DNA of 64,000 bases, from NCBI GenBank assembly GCA_025456425.1, contig JALOKP010000026.1, positions 3,846 to 67,845 on the forward strand, written 5' to 3'. The notes under the pieces were generated by a model. That model searched no databases and was not told the origin of the DNA. It was given only the letters and a program-made list of their open reading frames with translations. Of the stretch, positions 30,109-38,652 are shown piece after piece. The position numbers and the translations under genes are program-made. Position 1 is the first letter of the stretch, and every line of letters begins with the position of its first letter. The DNA comes from Acidobacteriota bacterium (GTDB lineage Bacteria > Acidobacteriota > Polarisedimenticolia > J045).

Positions 30109-31917
30109 TCAGCGCGGCTGGATGTCGAAGGCCAGCCGCGCGTAGGCCCCCTGCGGATCGCTCAGCAGGGACAGCCGCTCGACCTCGGCCGCGACGCGCC
30201 GGGCCTCGCCGAGCAGCGCGCCCCCGGACGCCCGGTCCCGCTCGTCGTGCCGGCCGACCGACTCGAGGACCTGCTGCCAGGGGGACTTCTGCTCCTGGTA
30301 GAAGGTCAGGCCGTACTGCTCGCCGAGACCGGCCTTCTTCGCGGTCCACTCGATCGCCGCCGAGAGGCCGCCGAACTCGTCGACCAGCCCGAGCGCCTTG
30401 GCCGATCCGCCCGACCAGACCCGGCCCTGGGCGATCTCGAGGACCTTCTCCCGCGGCAGCTTGCGGCTCTCGGCGACCTTCGTCGTGAACTCGTCGTAGA
30501 TCCGGTCGACGAAGCCCTGGACGATCGCCAGCTCCTCCGGGCTCTTGGGGCGGTAGAGCGTGAACAGGTCGGCGTAGCGCCCGGTCTTCACGACATCGGT
30601 CGTGACCCCGACGCCGTTCATCAGGCGCTGCACGCTGGGGAGCATCCCGAACACCCCGATCGAGCCGGTGATCGTGTTCGGCTCGGCGAAGATCCGGTCG
30701 CCGTAGGTCGAGATCCAGTAGCCGCCGGAGGCCGCGACGGTCCCCATCGAGATCGCCACCGGCTTCTTCTCGCGGGTCAGCCGGACCTCGCGCTGGATCA
30801 CCTCCGAGGCCGAGGCGCTGCCGCCCGGGCTGTTGACCCGCAGCACGACCCCCTTGACGTCCTTGTCGAGCCGGGCCCGCCGCAGCAGGCGCGCCAGCAC
30901 GTCGCCGCCGACCTCGGCCTTGCTGTTGCCGTCGACGATCTCCCCTTCGGCGTAGATCACCGCGATCCGGTTCCGGCCGGCGGCCGGCCGGCGGCGCGAC
31001 TCGCGCCAGAGGATGTACTCGTCGAGGTCGATCCGACGGAAGGTCCGGGCGTCGGCGTCGGCTCCCGTCAGCTTCTTCAGCTCCTGCTGCAGCTCGTCGT
31101 AGTAGGCCAGGCGGTCGACCAGCTTGGCCGCCATGGCCTGGTCGGCCAGGTAGTAGCCGCGCTCGTCCGCCAGCCGCTGCAGCTCGGACTGGGGCAGCCC
31201 GCGTGAGGCCCCGACGTCGGCCAGGAAGACGCCCCACAGGTCGCCCAGCAGCAGCCCGACCTGCTCGCGGTTCTCGTCCGACATCCGGTCCAGCACGAAG
31301 GGCTCGACTGCCGACTTGTACTTGCCGACCCGCGTGACCTGGACATCGACCCCGTACTTCTCGAAGGCCCGGGCGTAGAACATCGGCTCGCTGGCGAAGC
31401 CGTTCAGCTCGACATCGCCGTAGGGGTGGACCACCAGGTGGTCGGCGACCGAGGCCAGGTAGTACGAGGCCTCGTCGTAGCCCATGTCGTAGGCCCAGAC
31501 CGGCTTCTTCGACTCCTTGAAGGCGGAGAGCGCGCGCCGGATGTCGGAGAGCGCGGCCCAGCCCGAGCTGTAGCCGTCGCGCGCCACCCCGCCGGTGACC
31601 AGGATCCCGCGGATCGCGTCGTCCTCGGCCGCCTGGCGGATCGCCTGGGTCACGGCCCAGAGCGAAAGCCGCTGGCCCTCGCGCCCCATCAGCGCGTCCT
31701 GCAGCAGCTGGCCCGGCTCGCGGAAGTCCGGCCGGTCGGCGACCGGCGTCGAGAGATCGACCACCAGCATCGCGTCGCGCGGGGCGCGCGGGGCCCCGCT
31801 CTGGCCGGCCGAGCCGGCGGCCAGGAGTGCCACCAGGAGGACCGCGAAGAACAGCCCGGCCGCGACGAACGCGAGCGCCAGGAGGCTCGCGAAGAACATC
31901 TTCAGGAAGTCTTTCAT
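30109..31917 (-). CDS. sppA: Signal peptide peptidase (protease IV, 67K two-domain type)
   Basis: YYLASVAD, RVGKYKSAVEPF, LRVNSPGGS, AASGGYWIS, TGSIGV, IAQGRVW. Confidence 0.95.
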   Translation of the reverse strand: MKDFLKMFFASLLALAFVAAGLFFAVLLVALLAAGSAGQSGAPRAPRDAMLVVDLSTPVADRPDFREPGQLLQDALMGREGQRLSLWAVTQAIRQAAEDDAIRGILVTGGVARDGYSSGWAALSDIRRALSAFKESKKPVWAYDMGYDEASYYLASVADHLVVHPYGDVELNGFASEPMFYARAFEKYGVDVQVTRVGKYKSAVEPFVLDRMSDENREQVGLLLGDLWGVFLADVGASRGLPQSELQRLADERGYYLADQAMAAKLVDRLAYYDELQQELKKLTGADADARTFRRIDLDEYILWRESRRRPAAGRNRIAVIYAEGEIVDGNSKAEVGGDVLARLLRRARLDKDVKGVVLRVNSPGGSASASEVIQREVRLTREKKPVAISMGTVAASGGYWISTYGDRIFAEPNTITGSIGVFGMLPSVQRLMNGVGVTTDVVKTGRYADLFTLYRPKSPEELAIVQGFVDRIYDEFTTKVAESRKLPREKVLEIAQGRVWSGGSAKALGLVDEFGGLSAAIEWTAKKAGLGEQYGLTFYQEQKSPWQQVLESVGRHDERDRASGGALLGEARRVAAEVERLSLLSDPQGAYARLAFDIQPR

Positions 31918-31943
31918 GGGAGCCTCGGGGTGCCTTTCGCCGC

Positions 31944-32999
31944 TCAGTCCGCGGCCTTGATCTGGTCCCAGACGCGGGTGTACTTCCGGTTCTCGTCGCC
32001 CAGGTCGAGGATCACCTCGCTGCGCGCCCGGACCGCGGGGTCCAGGAAGACCGCGGGGTTCGCCCGGAACTCCTCGGGCAGCAGCGGGTAGCTGGCCGAG
32101 TTCGGGCAAAGGTACCCGATGAACTCGCTGTTCGCCGCCGCGTTCTTCGGGTCGTGCAGGAAGTCGACGAAGGCGTGGGCCAGGTCGACCTCCTTCGCGC
32201 TCTTCGGGATCACGAGGTCGTCGCAGGAGACCGAGGTCCCCTCCTGCGGCGCGGCGAAGGCGATGTCTTCGTTCTCGCCCTGGACCTGGACGATGTCGCC
32301 CGAGTAGCCGTGGACCATCACGAACTCGCCCGAGGCCAGGCCGCTCTTGTACTGCTCGTTCTCGAACTTGGCCAGGTTCCTCTTCCAGCGGATCACGAGG
32401 TCGCGGGCCTGTTCCAGCTCCTGGTCGCTGGTCGTGTTCAGGCTGTAGCCCAGGAACTTGAGCGCCGCGCCGATCGTCTCGCGCATGTCGTTCAGCATCG
32501 TCACCCGGCGTCCCAGGTCGGCCCGGTCGAAGGCGGACCAGGAGGCCTGGAAGTCCGGGACCTTGGACTTGAGGTAGGCGATCCCCGTGTTGGTCAGCAT
32601 GTAGGGGACGCTGTGCTGCATCTTCGGATCGAGTGCGATCGCCAGGTACTCCGGGTCGACGTTCTTGAGGTTGGGAAGCTTGGCGTGGTCGAGCGGCCGG
32701 AGCAGACCCTCCCTGTTCATGATGCTGACCATGTAGGAGGACGGCGTGATCAGGTCGTAGCCCGAGGCTCCGGCCTTGATCTTGGCGTACATCGCCTCGT
32801 TGGAGTCGAAGGTGTCGATCACGACCCGCGACCCCGTCTGGGTCTCGAACTGCCTGATCAGCTCGGGCTGGATGTAGTCGGCCCAGGTGTAGACGTGGAG
32901 CACCGGCTGCGGCTTGCTGCAGCCGGTCAGCGCGAGGGCGAGCGCGGTGAGCGCAGTGAGCGCGAGAACGGGCAGGGCGGCGCGGCGCGGGAAGGTCAT
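31944..32999 (-). CDS. potD: Spermidine/putrescine ABC substrate-binding lipoprotein
   Basis: Lipobox LTGC, YTWADYI, FDSNEAMYAK, YDLITPSSY. Confidence 0.9.
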   Translation of the reverse strand: MTFPRRAALPVLALTALTALALALTGCSKPQPVLHVYTWADYIQPELIRQFETQTGSRVVIDTFDSNEAMYAKIKAGASGYDLITPSSYMVSIMNREGLLRPLDHAKLPNLKNVDPEYLAIALDPKMQHSVPYMLTNTGIAYLKSKVPDFQASWSAFDRADLGRRVTMLNDMRETIGAALKFLGYSLNTTSDQELEQARDLVIRWKRNLAKFENEQYKSGLASGEFVMVHGYSGDIVQVQGENEDIAFAAPQEGTSVSCDDLVIPKSAKEVDLAHAFVDFLHDPKNAAANSEFIGYLCPNSASYPLLPEEFRANPAVFLDPAVRARSEVILDLGDENRKYTRVWDQIKAAD

Positions 33000-33733
33000 C
33001 GCTTGTCCCCCATGAGGCGCTGGCTGAGCCAGACCGTGGCGAAGGTGACCACCAGCAGGAGCGTCGACAGCGCGTTGATCAACGGCGGCTGCCCGTGCTT
33101 GATCATGCTGTAGATCCGGACCGGCAGGGTGGTCGACCCCGGCCCGGCGACGAAGAAGGTGATCACGAAGTCGTCGATCGAGAGCGGGGCCAGGAGCGGC
33201 AGCAGCACGCGCCGGATCGTGGTCCACCAGTCGGCGCCGAGGTCCTGTGCGGCCTCGATCAGCGACCAGTCGAAGTCCTGCAGCCGGCCGAGCACGGTCA
33301 TCGTCACGTAGCTCATCGAGAAGGTGACGTGGGACAGGATGATCGTCGTCAGGCCCAGCTCGAAACCGATCGCCACGAAGAACAGGAGCAGGCTCATCCC
33401 CATCAGGATCTCGGGGATCACCAGCGGGGTGTAGATCAGCAGGTAGTGCAGCCGCTGCAGCCGGTCGGTGTAGCGGTGCAGCGCGAAGGCCGCGGTGGTA
33501 CCGAGGACGGTCGACACGGTCGTCGCGACCGTCGCGACGATCAGCGTGTTGCGCAGCGCGTGCCAGATCTCCCGCGCACCCCACAGCTTGCGGTACCACT
33601 CGAGCGTGAACCCCTCCCAGCCCGAGGAGAAGCGCGAGGCGTTGAACGAGTTGATCACCAGTACCAGGACCGGCAGGTAGAAGAAGACCAGCACGGCGAT
33701 CGTCGTGTAGAGCGGCACCCGGCTGCGCTTCAC
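32996..33733 (-). CDS. potC: Spermidine/putrescine ABC permease with an apparent in-frame deletion near 33185
   Basis: SFN...GFTLEWY, PEILMG, EAAQDLGA, then LLAP joined directly to LSIDDF, TTLP. Confidence 0.88.
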   Translation of the reverse strand: MKRSRVPLYTTIAVLVFFYLPVLVLVINSFNASRFSSGWEGFTLEWYRKLWGAREIWHALRNTLIVATVATTVSTVLGTTAAFALHRYTDRLQRLHYLLIYTPLVIPEILMGMSLLLFFVAIGFELGLTTIILSHVTFSMSYVTMTVLGRLQDFDWSLIEAAQDLGADWWTTIRRVLLPLLAPLSIDDFVITFFVAGPGSTTLPVRIYSMIKHGQPPLINALSTLLLVVTFATVWLSQRLMGDKR

Positions 33734-34641
33734 GGCGAGTTCTCCGACTTCGGGGCCAGGAGGTCCCGGCCGCGGTTGAGGACCAGGACGCCGAAGGTGG
33801 GCAGCAGCACCGCCAGCGCCAGCAGCGCCGAGAGGGCCGAGGCCTCGGGCAGGTTGCGGTCGACGAAGGTGCGCTGGGCGATCTTGTTGCCGATCATCTC
33901 CGACGACGGGCCGCCCACGATGTCGGGCACGACGTAGGCCCCGAGCGCCGGGATGAAGGTGACCAGCATGGCGGTGACGATGCCGCGCCGGATGCCGGGC
34001 AAGAAGACGCTGCGGAAGGCCCGGAAGGGGGAGGCCCCCAGGTCGCGCGCGGCCTCGATCAGGCGGAAGTCGAACTTCTCGGCGGCGGCGTAGATCGGCA
34101 GGATCGCGAACGGCAGCTCGGTGTAGACCAGGACCAGCAGCACCGCCCAGGGGTTGTAGAGCAGCTGGGTGTCGGGCCCGGCGAGCCCGAGCGCGACGAG
34201 CGCCCGCTTGAGCAGGCCCTCGGGGTGGAGCAGCATCTTCCAGGCGAAGATCCGGACCAGGAAGCTGGTCCAGAACGGGATGATCACCATCAGCAGCAGC
34301 GTGTTCTGCCGGCGCTTCGGCGCCCGGGCCATGAAGTAGCCCATCGGGACCGCGAACAGCAGGCAGGCGACGGTCGTGACGACGGAAAGCCAGATCGTGC
34401 GCCAGACGATCGCCGGGTAGTTCGGGTTGCCGAGCGTGCGGATCGTCTCCAGCGTCCAACCCTCGCCGATCCCGCCGTACGGGGTGGCCGGCTTGAAGGC
34501 GATCGCGAAGACGATCACCGACGGGACGACGAACAGGGCGACCAGCCAGAGGAACGAGGGGAGGGTGACCGACCACTCCGCGCCGCGGCTGCGACGCCCC
34601 TCAGGCACCGCGGGACCCGGTCGCGGCGCTCTCGCCGCCAT
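33730..34641 (-). CDS. potB: Spermidine/putrescine ABC permease
   Basis: IPFWTSFLVRIFAW, LPFAILPIY, EAARDLGA, FIPALG, MIGNKI. Confidence 0.9.
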   Translation of the reverse strand: MAARAPRPGPAVPEGRRSRGAEWSVTLPSFLWLVALFVVPSVIVFAIAFKPATPYGGIGEGWTLETIRTLGNPNYPAIVWRTIWLSVVTTVACLLFAVPMGYFMARAPKRRQNTLLLMVIIPFWTSFLVRIFAWKMLLHPEGLLKRALVALGLAGPDTQLLYNPWAVLLVLVYTELPFAILPIYAAAEKFDFRLIEAARDLGASPFRAFRSVFLPGIRRGIVTAMLVTFIPALGAYVVPDIVGGPSSEMIGNKIAQRTFVDRNLPEASALSALLALAVLLPTFGVLVLNRGRDLLAPKSENSP

Positions 34642-35794
34642 TGTCGGCCTCGCCGACCTCCTCGGGCGGGGTGCCCATCAGCCGCTCGTCGGACTCGGAG
34701 TAGCGCTCCAGCATGAACCCGTCGTCGGCGTGCCAGCGGATGAAGACGTCCTCGCCCCAGCGGATCGGCTGCTCGTCGAGCAGGAAGCGGTTGTGCTGCT
34801 GGTAGACCGCGATCCGGTAGTCCTGGACCCGCGCCCAGTACTTGGTGTGCGAGCCGAGGTAGACGACGTCCTCCACGTGGGCCGGGACGACGTTCGAGTG
34901 GGCCCCCTGCTCGGGCCGGTCGCGGGAGATCCGGATCTTCTCCGGCCGCACCGAGAGGTAGATCAGGTCGCCCGTCTTGAGCTGCTTGTCGTTGAAGACG
35001 ACCACGTCGGGGAAGCCGTCGATCGCCAGCCGGCTGTAGTCCGGACCGACCATCTCATCGACCGTCCCCTCGAAGAAGTTCGTGTCGCCGATGAAGGCGG
35101 CGACGAAGCTGCTGCGCGGCGCCTCGTAGATCTCGGTCGGGCTCCCAAGCTGCTCGACCTTGCCGTGGTTCATCACCGCGATCCGGTCGGACAGGCTCAT
35201 CGCCTCGCCCTGGTCGTGCGTGACGTAGACGAAGGTGATCCCGACCTCGTCGTGGATCAGGTCGAGCTCGATCAGCATCTTCTGGCGCAGCTTCAGGTCG
35301 AGTGCCGCCAGCGGCTCGTCGAGCAGCAGGACATCCGGCTTCTTGATCAGGGCCCGGGCGATCGCGACCCGCTGCTTCTGGCCGCCGCTGACCTGGTCGG
35401 GGTACTTGCCGGCCTGGTCCTCCATCTGGATCAGCGCCAGCATGGCGTCGACCTCGCGCTCGATCGTCGCCTTGTCGATCCCCTCGATCTTCAGCCCGAA
35501 GCCGATGTTCTGGCGCACCGTGAGGTGCGGGAAGAGGGCGTAGTTCTGGAAGATCGTGTTGACCTTGCGCTTGTGGGGGGGGAGCTCGGTGATGTCCTGG
35601 CCGTCGAGGAAGACCCGCCCCTGGTCGGGCCGCTCGAAGCCGGCCAGGATCCGCAGCAGGGTCGTCTTGCCGCAGCCCGACGGGCCGAGCAGCGAGAAGA
35701 ACTCTCCGCGCCGGATCGAGAGCGAGACGCCGTCCACCGCCCGGACGCGGCCGTAGTGCTTGTGGACGTTCTCGAACTCGAGAAACTCGGCCAA
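34601..35794 (-). CDS. potA: Spermidine/putrescine ABC ATPase
   Basis: TTG start; GPSGCGKTT, FQNYALFPH, SGGQKQR, LLDEP, VTHDQ, C-terminal TOBE-like region. Confidence 0.93.
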   Translation of the reverse strand: MAEFLEFENVHKHYGRVRAVDGVSLSIRRGEFFSLLGPSGCGKTTLLRILAGFERPDQGRVFLDGQDITELPPHKRKVNTIFQNYALFPHLTVRQNIGFGLKIEGIDKATIEREVDAMLALIQMEDQAGKYPDQVSGGQKQRVAIARALIKKPDVLLLDEPLAALDLKLRQKMLIELDLIHDEVGITFVYVTHDQGEAMSLSDRIAVMNHGKVEQLGSPTEIYEAPRSSFVAAFIGDTNFFEGTVDEMVGPDYSRLAIDGFPDVVVFNDKQLKTGDLIYLSVRPEKIRISRDRPEQGAHSNVVPAHVEDVVYLGSHTKYWARVQDYRIAVYQQHNRFLLDEQPIRWGEDVFIRWHADDGFMLERYSESDERLMGTPPEEVGEADNGGESAATGSRGA

Positions 35795-35901
35795 GGCCCC
35801 GGCTCCCTTCGCAGGCCCGGGGCCGGCATCGCCCGGGCAGGCGGGAGTCTAGGGCGGTGGGGCGGCGCGGTCCAGAGGTCGCGCGGGGCACCCCCGCGCG
35901 G

Positions 35902-37227
35902 CTAGAAAGTCCAGTCGAGGACGACCGCCCCGCCGAGGAACGAGTCGTCACCGTAGCTCGCCTCCGCCGCGTCGAGCGGCCGAGCCCAGCCGACATAGCC
36001 CCAGAGGCCCCACGAGTCGTTTATCGTCCATTCGAAGTTCAGGTCGAACTCGTCCGCGAACTCGCTTCCCGCGCCCTCGGGAACCTCGTGGTACGCGCCG
36101 GTATCGACCCAGATCCGGTGGACGAGGGCGCGGAGGATCAGGACTTCCGAGGGGGACCAGGCCCCCTCGAGCCAAAACGCCTTCTCGTCGGTGTTGTCGT
36201 TGAGCGTCGACCCGACGAGTTCGCCGATGTACCACTCCGACCAGCCGTCCTTGCCGTAGAACCAGGAGTAGTACCCCTCCTGGTCCTCGGTCCCGGGGTC
36301 GTCCCCGCTGAAGAAGGCGTAGCGCAGGCGCAGATAGCTCTCGAACTCGCTCGGCAGGGTCCAGCGGACGGCGGCGTTCCAGGCCGACGCGTCGTACCGG
36401 GCCGTCCCGATCGACCCGAACTCCCAGGCGTACTCGCCGTTGAAGGTGACCGGCCCGACCGGCAGGCCGCCGCGCACCGAGAGGACCTCCGCGTCGTTGT
36501 CCAGCGATCCGCTGTCGGCGCGCGCGAGGTAGAGCGCTCCGAGGCCGGGTCCTTGCTCGCCCCTCGACCAGCTCAGGTCGACGCCGCCGAAGTAGCCGTC
36601 TTCCTGGGGATAGTCGTACGTCGTGTTCCCGAGCAGGCCCCCGAGCGCCTTGACCGCGAACCCGTCGCGCGCCCAATCGACGACGAGGGCGTCGAAGAAG
36701 CTGAACGGGACCAGGTAGCCTGCCGTCTTCTCGTCGCGGTACCCGTCGCTGACGATGAAGCCGTCCCCGATCTTGAGGTTCTGCCGACCGGCCGTGATGC
36801 CGATCCCCGACCCGCCGATGTCGGGGAAGGCGACCGAGAGGCGCTCGATGAGGGCCTTGCCGTCCGTATCGGAACCGTAGACGTCGTCACCCAGGGTGAA
36901 CGACGCGCCGCCCGCCGCGTCGATCGTCACCCATCCGGCGGGCCGCCAGGTCAGCCCGATCGAGACGTACCCCTCTCCCCAGAAATAGTCGCTCCCCGGA
37001 TCGGGCTGGTCGGGACTGCCGAAAGCGGCCCCGCTCGCCGCGTTGGCGAGGATGCTCACCGCGCCGCCCCACTCGAACGTCTTGGGAGCCTCCTCCGTCG
37101 CGGCCTCCTTGGCGGCGACTTCGGGTGGCAGGAGGCTGGAGGCGGGCTCCTGCTGCGCCGCCGTGCCCGGCAGCGCGAGCGGTACGGCGAGCAGGACGAC
37201 CAGCGCGGGGACGGCGGCGTGACGCAT
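35902..37227 (-). CDS. Outer-membrane beta-barrel (alginate-export/porin-like)
   Basis: GGGAGG RBS, signal peptide, amphipathic aromatic strands, GRQ...GDGF, SGDDP, C-terminal ...LDWTF. Confidence 0.75.
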   Translation of the reverse strand: MRHAAVPALVVLLAVPLALPGTAAQQEPASSLLPPEVAAKEAATEEAPKTFEWGGAVSILANAASGAAFGSPDQPDPGSDYFWGEGYVSIGLTWRPAGWVTIDAAGGASFTLGDDVYGSDTDGKALIERLSVAFPDIGGSGIGITAGRQNLKIGDGFIVSDGYRDEKTAGYLVPFSFFDALVVDWARDGFAVKALGGLLGNTTYDYPQEDGYFGGVDLSWSRGEQGPGLGALYLARADSGSLDNDAEVLSVRGGLPVGPVTFNGEYAWEFGSIGTARYDASAWNAAVRWTLPSEFESYLRLRYAFFSGDDPGTEDQEGYYSWFYGKDGWSEWYIGELVGSTLNDNTDEKAFWLEGAWSPSEVLILRALVHRIWVDTGAYHEVPEGAGSEFADEFDLNFEWTINDSWGLWGYVGWARPLDAAEASYGDDSFLGGAVVLDWTF

Positions 37228-37354
37228 GAGAAACCTCCCGTTCCGCACGGCCGAGCGCCGCGGGCGCGCGCATCCTGCGCGAGCCCGCCTTGCCCGGTCA
37301 AGCGGTCGAGCCCTCCCGCTGGCCACCGCGCGGCCGGCGGTCCAGACTCTCGGC

Positions 37355-38599
37355 ATGATGAAGAAGAGGCCTGCCCCGTTCCGCGGCGGTACCGCGCCCC
37401 CGCCGGCCGCGGGCGACAGCGACGAGTTTGCCCGCCTGCTGGCCGAGACCGGCCGCGAGCGCTTCGCGGTCCTCTCGGCCGGCGATCGGGTCGAGGGGAC
37501 GGTCGTGCAGCGCACCGCCTCGGCCCTGCTGATCGACGTCGGCCAGCGCAGCGAGGCGGTGATGCCGCTCGAGGGGATGACCCCCGAGGAGCTGGTCGCG
37601 CTGCGGGTCGGGACGCGGGCCCACTTCCTGGTGACGCGCGCCGGGGGCGGGACGATCGAGCTGTCGCACGCGCTGGCAGCCCGCGCGCTCGACCTGGAGC
37701 GGCTGCAGGAGGCCCGGCGCAGCGGCGTGCCGGTCGAGGGGAAGGTCTCGGGCGAGAACAAGGGCGGGTTCACGGTCGAGCTGGGCGGCCAGCGCGGCTT
37801 CGTCCCGTTCTCGCAGATGGAGCTGGGGCAGGCCCGGCCGCTGGCAGAGTACGTGGGGCACACGCTGCGCTTCAAGGTGACCGACGTCCGCGGCCGCGAC
37901 ATCGTGCTGTCGCGGATCGACCTGTTGCGCGAGCAACAGGCTGCGGCGCGTGACACGCTGCTGGCCGGGCTCGACGAGGGCCAGATCCTCGAGGCGACGG
38001 TGGTGCGCGCGGAGCGCTTCGGTGTCTTCGTCGACCTCGGTGCCGGCGTCCACGCCCTGATCCCGCGCTCCGAACTCTCGTGGTCGCGCGACGATACGGC
38101 GCGGCCGGCCCTGCCGCCGGGGACCGCGGTCACGGTCCGGCTGCTGGAGGTCGACCTGGAGGGGGAGCGGCCGCGGATCTCGGCCAGCCTGAAGCAGGTC
38201 GGCGAGGACCCGTGGCGCGAGGCGGCCGCGCTGCTGGCGCCGGGCCGCACGCTCAAGGGGCGCGTGACGCGGGTCGCGGCCTTCGGCGCCTTCGTCGAGC
38301 TGACGCCCGGGGTCGAGGGGCTGGTCCACGTCAGCGCGATGGGCGGCGGCCGGCGCGTGACGCACCCCAGCGAGGTTGTGCGCCCGGGCCAGGAGGTCGA
38401 GGTCGCGGTCCTGGCAATCGATCCCGAGGCGCGGCGGATCTCGCTCTCGCTCGACCCGCTCGAGGCCGGTGGGCTGGACGAGCTCCAGCGCGCCAAGCTG
38501 GCCGCGCCCGAGCCGGCGGGCGGCGGCGGTGCGCTGGCCGACGCGCTGCAGCGCGCGCTCGCGGCGAAGCCGGGGAAGGGGAGCGGCCGGTCCGATTGA
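37355..38599 (+). CDS. Ribosomal protein S1-like protein with four S1 domains
   Basis: GDRVEGTV, NKGGFTV...RGFVPFSQM, FGVFVDLG...LIPRSELSW, FGAFVEL...GLVHVS, RRISLSL. Confidence 0.88.
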   Translation: MMKKRPAPFRGGTAPPPAAGDSDEFARLLAETGRERFAVLSAGDRVEGTVVQRTASALLIDVGQRSEAVMPLEGMTPEELVALRVGTRAHFLVTRAGGGTIELSHALAARALDLERLQEARRSGVPVEGKVSGENKGGFTVELGGQRGFVPFSQMELGQARPLAEYVGHTLRFKVTDVRGRDIVLSRIDLLREQQAAARDTLLAGLDEGQILEATVVRAERFGVFVDLGAGVHALIPRSELSWSRDDTARPALPPGTAVTVRLLEVDLEGERPRISASLKQVGEDPWREAAALLAPGRTLKGRVTRVAAFGAFVELTPGVEGLVHVSAMGGGRRVTHPSEVVRPGQEVEVAVLAIDPEARRISLSLDPLEAGGLDELQRAKLAAPEPAGGGGALADALQRALAAKPGKGSGRSD

Positions 38600-38652
38600 C
38601 CGCGCCGGGCGGAATGCCGTAGCGTGCCTGCTCCGCCCGGAACGCCCCGCCG

